Part shown: positions 1 through 42,018 of the stretch, piece by piece
Layout: the number at the start of each line of letters is the position of its first letter
How positions within the stretch are numbered: position 1 is the stretch's first letter
NCBI GenBank assembly: GCA_051294375.1
Contig: CM119266.1
Span: 8,332,606 to 8,396,605, forward strand
Length of the DNA stretch: 64,000 nt
From: Paraspadella gotoi
Lineage: Eukaryota > Animalia > Chaetognatha
Reading direction: 5' to 3'
Notes under the pieces: model-generated
What the model was told of the DNA's origin: nothing
The model's database searches: none
The model's input: the letters and a program-made list of their open reading frames with translations, nothing else
Position numbers and translations under genes: made by a program

Positions 1-1866
1 CTTCGTTAAAGTCGCTTTCTACTGTGGGTGAGACACGGGAGGGCGGTAAGTATAATAGTTTTTTTTTGAAAAGTGAAGTTTGTGAAAAAAATATGAAAAC
101 TTTTTTTTTCGCTCCAAGCCGATGTTTTGCTTAAACATTTTGTTAAAGTAAGACTTTTTTAATTCGTTTTAAATCCTATTACAGTCGAATAATACTATTT
201 TTTGCTAGCTTTTTTTTTGTTTCATTTTCGAAAATTTCGAATATTTTTTTTCATCGTCTCGAGTGCAAAATAACAAAAATTTTACTTTGAGGTATTGCAT
301 CGCATCGAATCGAACGACAGGAATCAAACGATAGGGATATAAATCTCTTATGTATTATTATTAATATTACATCAAATTGTTGCTAGTTACCATTAGTTTT
401 CCCTATATAGTAACATCGAATCTGCTCCGTCTTAAGTTTGACCAACTGACTGGCTTATTGATTGCTTGACTGATTGACTTACTCGCTGAGAAGCTAGTTT
501 TAAAGCCTCGTCTATTAATCTAATTTGCATATTGCCGTTTTCACGCCGCTGACGGATTCTTAAGCGGAATCTAGTTGAAAAAAAAAAATCAAATCAATGA
601 CTCGATTGGAATGACGGACAGACGGATTTAGAATCTAAATCCAAGTCGGCTGAGAGATTAAACCGTAAAAGGGAGAAAAAAAGCAACTAACCGTTTCGTC
701 GGTTTAGAGAACAATGTGGGAAATTATTCATTTTCTTTAAGATGATAACATGACCTGTTGCCACACCCGGCTCTGATAACGACTTATTTACAAGCCTTTG
801 AAGCTTACTTGACCGATTTCCAATCGGCGCTAATATAATGTGGCCTGCTGAAGTCGTAACCCACATTTACATACTCATGGTCATATGATCTTGGCTGAGG
901 TTTTGTTGTTACATGATTGATTTGCTAATATTACTGTTTGCCTACTTTTTGCCATTTCTCTAGCTTCTACAGCATTTAGGTTGCTGTTTTGCCTACTTTC
1001 TGCCATTTCTCTCGCTTCTACAGCATCCAGGTTGCTGTTTTGCCTACTTTTTGCCATTTCTCTAGCTTGTACAGCATCCAGGTTGCTGTTTTGCCTACTT
1101 TTTGCCATTTCTCTAGCTTCTACAGCATCCAGGTTGCTGTTTTGCCTACTTTTTGCCATTTCTCTAGCTTCTACAGCATCCAGGTTGCTGTTTTGCCTAC
1201 TTTTTGCCATTTCTCTAGCTCCTACAGCATCCAGGTTGCTGTTTTTCTGTTCTTACTGTTTCCGTGCAGCAACATGAGACGTAAGACGTTGATGCTGGAA
1301 AGTGCGTTGTTGGAGACGTCGAAGAAAACGATGGGAGTCGTAGAGGCGCCGAAGATGGCGTTCTGGGCAGGGGGGGGGGGCAAAATGGCAAAAAGGAGGG
1401 AGTATGGCATTATAGGAGAAAATAACAATTAGAGGGAAGGGAGATGGCATCTTTAAAATTGGAGGAAGGACAGAAGGGGAACATGGCAAAAGGAGAGGGA
1501 GACTGAATTGAAGGAAGGGAAGATGGCAGAAAGGAGTTCATGGGGAAAGGAAGATGGCAGAAAGAGGGAAGAAGGACGATTGCAATCTTGACAACAAAAA
1601 CAACAACTACAACAACAGCGACATCAAACTCACGTAATGAAATCCGTAAATTTTATTTTCGGCCAAATTAAGTCTTCGTAAAGATTTCATTCCGCTCAAG
1701 CTTTTGATTGGCACGAAGCGGATAAGGTTGTCTGAAATTGATTGGTAAGATGATTGTTTGATTGAGAGACTGATTGAATGATTTAACGATTGGTGCAGTC
1801 CATCGGAAACGAAATATAATTTTCTTCATCATCATTATTATTTACTCCATGATTATCATCCTAATT

Positions 1867-1918
<52 letters not shown>

Positions 1919-4374
1919 GCATCATCATCATCAACCTTGCAGATCCAACGCGACGAGGTTCTTGAGCGGCGCCAACGCTCGGGCGGGGAAAACTTGGACT
2001 CGATTTCCGGTCAAATCGAGAAAAGCTAAGGAGGCGGCGACGGCGGCGAAGGCGGCGGAGTCGAGGGCGGAGATGGCGTTGTGGGCGAGGTTTAGGCGAG
2101 AGAGGGCGGTGGCGGTGAAGGCGGCTTGAGAAGGTGGGGGTGAGGAATGAGGGTGGCGGTTGTAGTGGCGGTGGGTGGTGAGGATGATGATGATAATGAT
2201 GATAAAAAAGGATGGTGAAGATGATAATGATGATGATTTTTGATAATGAAGACGACGACGATGATAATGATGATTAGGACGATGATGATGACGATTATTT
2301 GGATGATGACGATGATAATGCTGAATGACTATGATGATTACGACGACGATGACAATGATAAAGATTAAAGAATAAGCTGATTAATGATGATCATGACAAC
2401 TTGTACTAGATCGAGAAGAAGACGCCCATGATGAAGATGATGATTATTATTTAGAGGACGATTAAGGCAAGGATTCCATAGACCAATGCAATATGCTCCT
2501 CCTCCACCTGCTTCGATGGAAAGGATTCCATTGGCCGAGAGATCCAAATCCCTCAGAGAAGTCAAACCTCGAATCGCGAATGGAATCGAAGTCAGTCGGT
2601 TGCGACGAAGGTTTAAAGTTTCTAGGGTCGACTAAGAAAAATGGGGGGGGGGAGAAGTGATAGAGGGGGAGAAATGGTAAGGGGGGAGAAGTGATAAAAT
2701 ATTAGAAAGTGATGAGTAGTCGCTAATGATAAAACTAGCGCGTATTTCTTGCGTCCAATAGCATGCGACATGTGACATCGCATCGATTTTTCTTAAAAAT
2801 GACTATTTTACTGATTAATTTACTGATTGATTGAATTACTCTTTGTTTTATTTGATAAAATTACTAGTGTAGCAGCACGACCGTTCTTTCCCTCGTCTCA
2901 ATGGCTGAGCAGGATAAATCATCTTATTTCAACCGTGAGACCTGGGTTCAATCCCTGGTGTATCCCGGTTCTGGCTTAAACGTGACGGAAACGGTTTAAA
3001 CGTGCCAGTGACAGTGAGGCGGTCACTGAGGGTCCGCAGCCCCTATGCCAGCTGGTTAGGTACCCCGTTACCCGGGTATCACAGGCAATCATCCCCTTGC
3101 CATCCTAGCATCTTTATCCATCCATCCATCCATCCGTCCGTCCATCCAACCTCTAATCCTTGAAACGCGTCTCGACTTTAACCAAAGAATTTTGTTCGAA
3201 ATCGATGACTTTTGTTTTTCACGTTGACGAAAGCGGAATTTCTGAGAATCGAGATGGCGTTGAAGTCGAAGCGGAGAGACGCCCATACTAGAAAAAAATA
3301 ATAAAATAAAAATATTAAATGAATTAAGAAATGAAATAGAATGGTTTAGCGACCGAACGGAAGGGCAATTATTAAATTCGTGTTATTTTTATGAAAATTG
3401 CAAAATTATATGTTTTACTATGATATTGGTATAACCAATACAAAATTATATGATATAATTATTTAATCAATAAGCTATCCTGCCTTTTACTTTGGACAGA
3501 CTATGGTTGTTTAAGGCCTCCATCACTCTTACAAGATAATGACATAGCAGATCCCTGCTAGCTTTCAATCAAGACTTTCTCAGTCTTGTTTATTCACTCC
3601 CAGAGTTTTTGGCTTCCCTATCAAGAATGTTTTAATTAAAAAAAAATTAAACTAATTTTTTTTGAAAAATAATACGATAAAGCTTAATATATTTTACTGT
3701 ACAAAATTATAAATCCAATTATTAGATCTTTATACACATTGATTATTAATATATGATAAGGAGAGGGATCTAATCATGTTTAGCATTTTGCAAACTTTTT
3801 TGTCCGATTTACTTTTTCGACCGATAGAGGCGTTGAAGGCGGGAATCGTCGTCATCGCTTTTCCGCCACATTTGATGACGTCGAGGGCGCAATCGCATTC
3901 CGCCACGACCCCTGTGGACAACAATAACAATAACGATACGTTGAAACAAAAATAATATTATTAAAAGGAAAAACATCAATAAGGGGAAAAGCTCTCAGCC
4001 TATTAATAAGATTTTGTTTTGTTGATGATTACAAGTTTACAACTCTTTATTAATAACTAATCTTACTAAAAAACTTAAAAGGTTTTAAACAATAATTAGG
4101 TATCTATCGTTGTATGGACTCACCGGGACAAAGGCTGTGCGAGAAAGGAACGAAGTTGAAGAATAAAACGATGACGACGACGACGACGAACACGACACCT
4201 TTCATCGTTCATTATCTTTTTTATAAACAAACGAAGTTAAATGTTAGTTTATTTTATGTACCGGAAATAAATTTCGTTTTTCGAATTGTTTGTTCACATT
4301 TTTCTTGTACAATCGTCGTTTTCATATGGGAAAAATTATTTCCTTCCTTTGCAGCAATGTGAATCACGTAAAAG

Positions 4375-4426
<52 letters not shown>

Positions 4427-4491
4427 TTGTCACTAAAAGGATTCGCATTAATCAACAAAAATCTTCGAAGCCCTCATATACGTTAAAAAGG

Positions 4492-4546
<55 letters not shown>

Positions 4547-4607
4547 GCACTTTACACGTTACACTTATCAGCGAGGAACAAATTTTATAGGGTTCGTTTG
4601 AGAATCA

Positions 4608-4676
<69 letters not shown>

Positions 4677-5556
4677 GGGGAGAGAGACTGACTCTTTTAC
4701 ACTTATGAAGAGAGGAACAAATTTTATAGTTTTCGGTGGAGAATCAGGAGTGGCCGGCTTTCGATCGTTTACAACTAATTTACCCGTTGGTAGTTAATTA
4801 ACTAATCATGAGGCAATATTTAAGTAAGAGTAATATTACTTCGTTAAATATTTGTTTACCTTTTTCATTTCAGAAGAGAAAGAGGATTTCATCAACGCTG
4901 TAACGAGACAGAGCAACAGATTTAACGCGGTCAGTTTTTACTGCTGTTGTTGTTGTTGTTGTTGTTTTTGTTGATGTAATTGTTTTTTCTTCTGTTGTGT
5001 AATATGATATAACCCAATGCACATTTATCCATTTGTTCAATTAATAAGCTATCTTGCCCCTCGTAACATAATGTCAATATGTCATTTGGTAAGAAAAATA
5101 ACGAAGTTTATGAGGGAATGTTTACAATTTTCATTATTTAGTAAAATTTTACTTTTAATTTTCTTATTATTACAATATACTTCGTTCATTTTAATTGTCT
5201 TAACGACTTTATTCGCGACTTTTGTTTTCTCAGGTTTTAGACCACAAGGAGGCGACGCTGAAGCATCCGCTCTCGAGGACGAGAAATACCATCACGCCCT
5301 TCATCACAAACGCAAAAACGACTTGCGGAATATTTTTCGACAGGCGGCAGGTTGTTGATGCTTGATGTTTGCTGTTCATTCTTTCCTTCATTCATTCATT
5401 CATTCATTCATTCATTCATTCATTCATTCATTCATTCATTCATTCATTTATTCATTCATTCATTCATTCATTCATTCTTTTTCTCCCCAGTACCACGGTC
5501 ACTTGGATTTCGGGATTCCCGCCGCTGATCTCGTCAAGTGGAGATCTTCCTATTGA
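1..5556 (+). CDS. 3' part of an unidentified small protein gene (5' partial)
   Basis: Phase-compatible GT-AG exons <1-45, 4874-4929, 5234-5350, 5491-5556 give ...SLKSLSTVGETREGEEKEDFINAVTRQSNRFNAVLDHKEATLKHPLSRTRNTITPFITNAKTTCGIFFDRRQYHGHLDFGIPAADLVKWRSSY*. No family recognised; the link of 1-45 to 4874 rests on phase only. Confidence 0.6.
935..1245. repeat. 51-bp minisatellite, about 6 copies
   Basis: Unit GGTTGCTGTTTTGCCTACTTTTTGCCATTTCTCTAGCTTCTACAGCATCCA repeated head to tail, just inside an intron of the LRR gene. Confidence 0.95.
1257..4205 (-). CDS. Secreted/extracellular leucine-rich repeat protein (signal peptide, LRRNT cap, about 8 LRRs); 3' end unresolved; one exon has compensating indels
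   Basis: Exons 4205-4124 (MKGVVFVVVVVIVLFFNFVPFSHSLCP), 3911-3813 (GVVAECDCALDVIKC), 3287-3151, 2631-2508 (LETLNLRRNRLTSIP..LRDLDLSANGI), 2124-1936 (LSRLNLAHNAI..LAFLDLTGNRV), 1731-1634 (LRRLNLAENKI), 1362-1257. LxxLxLxxNxL consensus repeated; phases consistent. Confidence 0.85.
2896..3090 (+). mobile_element. tRNA-derived SINE-like element
   Basis: A-box-like TGGCTGAGCAGG and B-box GGTTCAATCCC at tRNA spacing but no proper cloverleaf, followed by a GC-richer body, inside an AT-rich intron. Confidence 0.5.
3427..3630 (+). mobile_element. Dispersed ~200-bp repeat family, copy 1
   Basis: Shares TAAGCTATC.TGCC...TTTGGAC..GGTTTAAGGCCTCCATCACTCTTACAAG...GGCTTCCCTATCAA with copies at 17237-17443, 37009-37085, 37220-37368 and 44507-44680 (inverted). 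Confidence 0.8.
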
Positions 5557-6691
5557 GAGTCAGACATTTGCGAAACAAAGGAAATTTAAAAAAAAATCGG
5601 ATAAATATTAATTCTTAATAAAAAAAAATATTAATCTTCGTCTGAGACAGAATACTTTTAATCTACGCAAGAAAATTACTTACTTTATACTGACTTGACT
5701 ACGAAAAGAAAATTAATTGTATAGTATTATTACAAGACTACGTCGAGAGAATTTTGTATTTAACTGAATGTATTATATTAACTTGAGCGTGCTTCCTCGG
5801 CCTTTTTCTCGTCTAAATCGCCATCTTTTGTCAATTGCGCGTGATTATTTTTCGTTTCTCTTACATTTTGTATAAACATTTTAAATAATATTAATAAATG
5901 AATAAAACGGATTTTCTACAATATATTGTTTTATTCTCTTTTTCTGTCAACTCGCAGAAAGGCAAACAATTTCGAGTTTGACTTTTGTCTAGTATTCAGT
6001 TCACTCAGAGATGTCACTTTCGTTCAATGGCGAGCTGTAATTTTTTGTGATTTAAGAAAAAGAACAACGTTTTTATTCAAGATAAGACTACTGAGATTTT
6101 TAAATATGTTTAAAAGTGTTTATATTCGTAACACAAACAGTTCTCTGTAATATATCGATCCGCTCTAAAAATTTCAATCACGTCGTTAGAAAACTAAAAG
6201 AAGCAAATGGAATGTAATACTTTTTCTCAGCTTAAGTATTTACGATCAGCATAAAAAAAAAAGTTTTAAATTTTATAAACTTTTATTTCTAGGGACATAG
6301 GTTTCGATTTAAATACCAGTCCTTTATATAATCTTAAGAGTTCGAGTACAAAATTATATCGTCAAAAAAAAAAATATCAATTCTCGGGATTATCAAGTTT
6401 CTTCTAAAGTTTATGGCTAAATTAGTAAATACGGGTTCGACGAAAGCGAAGCTGGTTTAGAATTTAGACGCGTTCTTTTCGCGGAGATCATTGTTTATAT
6501 AACAATCTCAACGGTGGTCTTGTAATTTATTTGGATTATTTAACATTGATTTAATAAGTAAAAAATAATTTGAAAACTCTTTTTTTTTGCCTGGAAATTA
6601 AAAACAATTCATTTGGGGAAGTTCCGCTTTTGCTCAAAAAACCTCTCGACGCTTTTCAATCCATTCTCTTGGACAAACTACCCCTTGAGAC

Positions 6692-6832
6692 CGCCTCTAC
6701 TCCCGCCCTCCACTCCAGCCTCCACCCCAGCCTCTACTCCCGCCCTCCACTCCAGCCTCCACTCCAGCCTCCACTCCAGCCTCTACTCCAGCCCTCCACT
6801 CCAGCCTCCACTCCAGCCTCTACTCCAGCCCC
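6692..6832. repeat. 12-bp tandem repeat (CCAGCCTCCACT) directly upstream of the innexin ATG
   Basis: About 11 imperfect copies ending ~10 nt before the ATG at 6844. Confidence 0.9.
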
Positions 6833-6843
6833 TCGCCAACCAA

Positions 6844-10993
<4,150 letters not shown>

Positions 10994-11810
10994 GGGGACG
11001 ACGAGCGGAACTTTAAGGGATCGATGCGGTTTTTTTGGGGGTCTCGGTTTTTTTTTATTTTGATGTTTTGACGCAATAATGACAAAAATGATAATTAACA
11101 AAAAAAGCGTTTATATAAAACCAATTATCACCGATTAATAAAATTGTGCAAATATAATTTATGCTTTTTTTTATTGCAACAAATCTATTCTCGTTGTAGA
11201 CCCCTGACTATTTGAGCGTACAACCCCGGTGGCATAAAAGTCCTCATTCTAGTTTCCCCCGCCGAGTGGCCTGGGGTTAGCCTCATATGGGACGGAACGT
11301 GATTGACGGCCGCCAACTGTAATTCGATAGGCGGTAATTTGTCCTGCTTTCTGGTCATTGAACTGTCAAACCTAAGGGTTGGTTCCCTCAACCTATCTCG
11401 AGTTGTTATAACATTGGCGTTCGTCGTATTTTTCCAGTTTCACCAGCTGCTATACATGAGCTGAACAGTGAACATGAAGTAAAATGACTAATTAATTAAT
11501 TTATAATTAATTAATTAATTTATAATTTATAACTTAGTGTTAAGTACGAATCATCGAAGGAACGATTTGTATTTCTGATCAGGGGGGAAAGTTTTAAGTC
11601 ATAACCCTGTAGTCGGTTTGTATTTGTACGCACATGGTGTGCTTTTAAAAAAACTTTTCGCTTTCACTCAGTTTTTGTGAATATCGCACCCGATAAAAAA
11701 GGCCTCACTATTCTGCTCTGGTCCGTTGTGAAAGTTTTCGTTGAATTCTCACTTGACGCTGAAATTGTCGGAACCAGTGAAACTAATGAGGGAATTGTGA
11801 TGAGACACGC

Positions 11811-11858
<48 letters not shown>

Positions 11859-14155
11859 CTGTAGGGAGGGAAGTATCGAGAGAGAGAGAGAAAAAGACAG
11901 AGACAGAGACATGAAAGCGAAAATACCGAGGAGGAACTCCCATGAAAGGAAAAGAGAAAGAAACAAAGTTTAAATTTGTTTTCTTTTTCCATCAATTATT
12001 CACAAAGGCGCCTTCGCATCTGTGAACCAAAAAAAAAAACCCCATACAATTGGTCTCGCATAATAATTACCAATTAAAATTCTGAATGCTTTTTTTCCCG
12101 CCTGCTTTATTTCCATGCTTCCTTATCTCTCAGCTACTTTATTTTCAAAGTGCTTTTTTATAAAAACTTATTAAACCTCAGAGGAAAACATCTACTTTGT
12201 TTTATTATTTTTAATCTGGTATGAAAGACCGAATCAATAATAAACTTTTACTAATAACACCTGCTTTGTTTTAATCTACTTCATTTCCAATCTGTATTTT
12301 TTAAGGCTCTTTTTTTTTACAGCTCCTTCATTTTCAAGCTCCTTTTTTGGACTCTTTATTGCGAGCGTTTTTTTTTTACTTGTTTTTTTTTTCAACCTGC
12401 TTATTATTATTATTTTCTAATCTGGTATGAAAGACCGAATCAATAATATTACTAATAACACCGCTTTGTTTTAATCTACTTCATTTCCAATCTGTATTTT
12501 TAAGGCTTTTTTTTTTACAGCTCCTCATTTTCAAGCTCTTTTTTGACTCTTTATTGCGACGTTTTTTTTTACTTGTTTTTTTTTTCAACCTGCTTTATTT
12601 TAAAGTGCTTTACTTCGTAGTTTTTTTTCCTTTGCCGTTTATTTCATAGCCGATTTTACCTTCCAAGCTGCTTGATTTCCAAACTGCTTTAATTTGAAGT
12701 TGCTTTATCTCAGCGCTTCATCGAATTCGCCGGACGTGGAATCGACAGCGCCCCTCTCCCCCTTTCTCCCCTTTTCGCAGAGAGGTGAGACAAAGCGGAT
12801 GGAATATTTGCTCTCCGCGTTCGGACGGATGTATTAGTAATGGCGGTGGCGGCAGACGGTGGCGGGAAAACTCGGCAGAAGATGGCGGCTTACGTCGGTG
12901 ATGATTGATAAAAAAAAAAAACAAAAACAAAAGGGACTTAATTTTTTATATTAAAAATTCTCGTTTTTTTTTTAAATTTATTTTTAAAACTTGATTAACT
13001 TTTCATGCAGTATATTCTAAATCTTACAGAACTTAAAATAGAAATTCCTGACTCGTAAATCCAACGATAAACAATCCAAATGTACCAAAACTTGATATAT
13101 ATTTAATGAAAAAAAAACTATTGCATGTCTGTTTTTAATAGTAATTTTATGAATCTACATGAAATGTTCTTAAATTCTTATTTCTGACAGTTCCAATATT
13201 TCTGTTATTATAACGGATACACGTAAATTTACCAACATAAATGTACACAAACTAAACTAAACTAAACAAGGAAAAACTCGACTGGACACAAAAATCTAAA
13301 ACAAAAAACTTGTCAGCGGGTAAGGGAGACAGGACCATCTGCAACAGCTCTTTGCCTTCCCGCCGCTGCCGGTTGAGCATCAGCGGCAGCAGCAGGAACG
13401 ACGACGCAGCGAGAACGCGTCCGCCCTCCTCCCCCTCGTCCTGAAGCGGAGGAAGAGGAGCGACTGTGACTCCCACTTCAGCGGCAGTATTGGTTATGAG
13501 CGACGCTTTTCCGCAGCGGCGGACGCGCTCGCTGCAGCGGCGGCCGCGACGGCTGCGGCTACGGCTGCGGCGGCAGCGGCCGAGCTTCATGAAAGCACAA
13601 TCGTTCGTCGCAGTCTCTCCGCCATCGTTGCGTTACGAGCCTCAATTCTATAGGGAGAGGACGGAAACCTTCTGTTTTTTTTTTTTTTTTGTTTGAATCG
13701 TCTCTCTCTTTATCTTTGTCTCCATCTCTGACCTCGTCAACATCTATATCTTCGTCGCTATCTCTATCTCTCTCGTCATCTCTATCTCATCTGCTTCATC
13801 TGTTTAATCGAGATTTTTCGTGTTGTTTACGTTTCGTGTTTTTATCCGCATCAATGACGCTCGCAAGCTCTCAGTCGACGCTCGCTTGCTCTGTAATGAA
13901 CGATTATTCGATTAATGTTTCTCTCTGTCTCTCTTTCTCTCTTTCTCTCTTTTCTCTCTTCCCTCCCTTCTTTCCCTCCTCTCTTCTCCCTCTCCCTTCT
14001 CCTTCTCCTCTCTCTCTCTCTTCTATTTCTCCTTCACTATCTTCTCTCTCTCTCTCTCTCTCTCTCCTCTCCTCTCTCTCTCTCTCTCTCTCCTCTTTCT
14101 CTCCTCTCCTTTTTCTCTCTCTTCTCTCTCTCTCTCTCTCTTCTCCCTCTCTCTC

Positions 14156-14187
<32 letters not shown>

Positions 14188-14429
14188 CCTTCTTTACCCC
14201 CCCCTCTCTCTCTCTTTCTCTCCCCTCCTCTCTCTCTCTCTCTCTCCTCATCTCTATCTCTCTATCTCTCTCTCTGCCTTCCTTTCTCTCTCTATCGATC
14301 AATGCGAGTCCTGTCTTGACTTTTAGTCTAAACCCGTTTATATTTTTTTTCTCTTTCATGTAAACGGCTACTTTAGACTCAGCGGGTCCGAAGGATTTAA
14401 GAGTAATCCAGTCGAGCGAGAAAGAGAGA

Positions 14430-14491
<62 letters not shown>

Positions 14492-14812
14492 GAGAGAGAG
14501 AGTGAGGTGGGGGAGAAGGAATGAGTTTCGGGTTCAGAGTCCAGGTTGTTTGATTTTAGGGTTGAAGGTTTTTGGGTCTAAGGAATTGGGGTGAGGGTTT
14601 GGGGTGAGGGGGATTAATGGGCTTAGTAGAGTTGGGAGAGAAAGGTTTTTCGGGAATGTCAAAGTCAGATATTATATATGGTAGAGAAAAAAAATGACAT
14701 TATGATATGATATTAAGAGTGACAGAACGAAAGAATAAAATTGGCAGCTTGGATGATAACGGTAATATTTTTTTGGCAAAAAATTCAGGAATAAAAAAAA
14801 TGAAAGAGAGGA

Positions 14813-14905
<93 letters not shown>

Positions 14906-15522
14906 TTAAAAAAAGGGTGGAAAAGAACGAGTAAAAAAACCTAATTTAATTTAAAAAAAAAATTAAATAATCGGCGGAGTGTAAAAAAATATTTGACTTC
15001 CCGACCTGGATTTCAATTACGGGCCCTCTTCTCGTTATTTCGTTAGTATTAATTTTTAAGTTAATTAGTTTGAATAAAATCTTCTACGATTCTCGGAGGT
15101 CACAAAACCTTTTTTTTCTTTTACTTTCTTCTTCTTTTTTCCTCAAACAGAAAGACAGTTTCTCCCGAAAGAATTTCGACCAACGGTTATACAAATAAAA
15201 GTTTTTCATTTTCCTAAAAAAAAAAAAATTTTTTTTTGTTAACAGAAAAAATTTACAAAAAAAAAAAAATCTTTGCCCTACAAAGTTGAAAGATCTACGA
15301 CGAAGACACTTGATTCCACGGCGAAATCTACGGCGAAATCTACGGCGAAATCAATCGTTTCTCGTCGCATCAACTGCGAAATCTAGGATCATCTCAGAGG
15401 CGAAATCTACGGCGAACCTCACGTCTTATCTCATCATCTTTGCGACGAAATCGTCGCCGACGAATCCATCTCTCTAGCGAACAACAACAACAACAACAGC
15501 AACAACAACAACGACGATCGAA

Positions 15523-18986
<3,464 letters not shown>

Positions 18987-19757
18987 AAAGTTAAAGGTTG
19001 AAGAGAAATTTGAAAGAGATTTGAATGTCGAAAAGTGAAAATTAAAAAAAAAAAGACAAAATGAAAAGAGAGAAAAAGTTTTGTCAAATCGGACGACAAT
19101 CTTAATCTCCCCCCCCTCCCTCCCCCCCAGACCGAAATTGGGATTTTATTTTTCACTGAATTTCGAGAAAGATGGCGAAGTCGAAAAGAGAGATAGAGAG
19201 GGAGACGATTTGTGTGTGTTGATCGGAGAGGCTTTTGGATTTTTTACGCCAGCGAGATTAAGATTCTGTGATGTCGGAAGTGTCAAATTTGCACCTGGTT
19301 TATTATTATTAATATACACGTCTTAATATGTCAATTTAGTTGGGTTTTTTTTCCCGTAAAATCTACTTCGTCAAGGGAAGAGATAAGGCCCAAGAAATTT
19401 TAATGCGGAATTGGTAAAGTGATAGTTAAATTAGTTCGTAGTTACCACACATTTTTTCACCGTCTTTTATTTGTAAAATCTCATTATTGTTCAAAATAAT
19501 ATTTATTTGTTCCTATTAATTAGTTTAGCCGAACCTTTGTTTTAGTTGTGAGGTTAACTTTTTGTTTCCCGTCTTGACCTAAAAAATTAATTTGGGTTTA
19601 TTCTAATGACGACCACATCAATTTGCCTGTTGAAGGAATATATTGGTGTTATTCAGTTCATATTATCTACGCCGTGAAATGTGGACAATGATATGCAAAA
19701 AAAGGCATCCTTGTTTGACTTTTGTCAGTTTGTGATAAAAAAAAAATAAGTTCACTG

Positions 19758-40640
<20,883 letters not shown>

Positions 40641-40806
40641 CTGGAGAAGAAAATTTAAAAAGTTTCAAACGAAAAGATAAGAAATTTTCAAAAGGATTGT
40701 CTTTTTAAAGTTTTTGCCTTTTTATAGTTGTTGTCTTTTTATAGTTTTTGTCTTTTTAATTTGTCTGACACGGAGGACGCTTTCGGTCACGTGGGTCGTG
40801 TCTCTG

Positions 40807-40820
40807 GTTACCGTGGTAAC
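40807..40820. promoter_or_regulatory. Candidate RFX X-box
   Basis: GTTACCGTGGTAAC, a near-palindrome close to the X-box consensus GTTNCCATGGNAAC, about 170 bp upstream of the most 5' identified TTLL9 coding exon. Confidence 0.45.
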
Positions 40821-41382
40821 CGGTGGTTGTTTAGTCACTGACCTCGCTCTCTTTCCCTCGGGAAAGCGTTGAGGACACATGTGACGATAAAGAAAACTCG
40901 AAATCACTCTTTACTTTCTTGTTCACCGTTATTATAATAATTATTTCATTGCATTAAATGGAATATTTATAACTTAGATCTACTTCATAACTCGCTTCGC
41001 CAAACTATCTTTCTATCTCTGTTTGTAGTATTTCTCTGTTTTATCTTTTATTCTTTCTCCCAGTCTTTTCTGTTTTTATTCTCTGTCTCTCTAATATAGA
41101 CTATATTTGTAATTTTGTCAGTCTATATTTCTGTATATTAGTCTATTTGTCTGTCCGTCTGTACATGTTTGTCCATTTGTCTCTGTACTATTTGTTTGTC
41201 TGCCTGTCTTCCCTCTTTCCCATTTTTTTCTCACTTTGTCTTTCAAGTTCCTCGTGACTTGAATTTTGGACAAAAAGAAAAGAAAAAGAAAAAAATTGAG
41301 GAAAGAAAAACAAAGAGAAATTGAAGAATAAAAAAAGTTTTTAACTTTTTGCTGAAGGCATCAATAACAGGATATCTCTCTT

Positions 41383-41472
<90 letters not shown>

Positions 41473-41938
41473 CCCACCCTCCCTCTCCCTCTCTATCTCT
41501 CTCTCTCTCCACACCACATTTCACTCAACATTAACTGATTGAAGTGTTTCTCGTCCCTTTTAAGTTTTTCGTCTCTCGAGTTTTGAAGTGAGTGACAAAG
41601 ATTCATCCGTGTCTGAATGAATGAAGACTCACGCATTCATCACGTTCATCTTTCTTGTTTACAATGAATAATCACATCCTTGTGAACCAGAAATTACGTC
41701 TTTTTATTACATTGAAAGCTGGAAATGAGTGCTATCTCGTTTACTTTATTCTTCAAAGTCTTCTTTCGGTTTCTCTCGTTCACTCATTTTTCGCGTTTTA
41801 AGATTGAGATATTACGTAGCTAATATCCTTTTATTTTATTAATTTTATATAACTAATAATCTATATAGAATCAATGAACGTAGATCGAGAGAAAAAAAAA
41901 TTGCCTGAATGCTTTACGCAAATAGTTTAGCAATTCTT

Positions 41939-42018
<80 letters not shown>

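Noticed and set aside
881-1432. Repeat-peptide ORFs (MAKSRQNSNLDAVEARE etc.)
   Set aside because: By-products of a 51-bp minisatellite that is open in several frames; no supporting gene structure.
12200-12600. ~200-bp direct duplication
   Set aside because: Copies differ mostly in homopolymer length; an ordinary local duplication or assembly artefact with no functional signal.
13494-13900. Selenoprotein or stop-codon reassignment suggested by in-frame TGAs
   Set aside because: TGA, TAA and TAG all terminate well-supported genes here; no selenoprotein motif or SECIS recognised.
13689-14500. Long SLSL/ERER ORFs here and elsewhere (e.g. 37984-38748, 56039-56266, 63443-63851)
   Set aside because: Translations of (CT/AG)n microsatellites.
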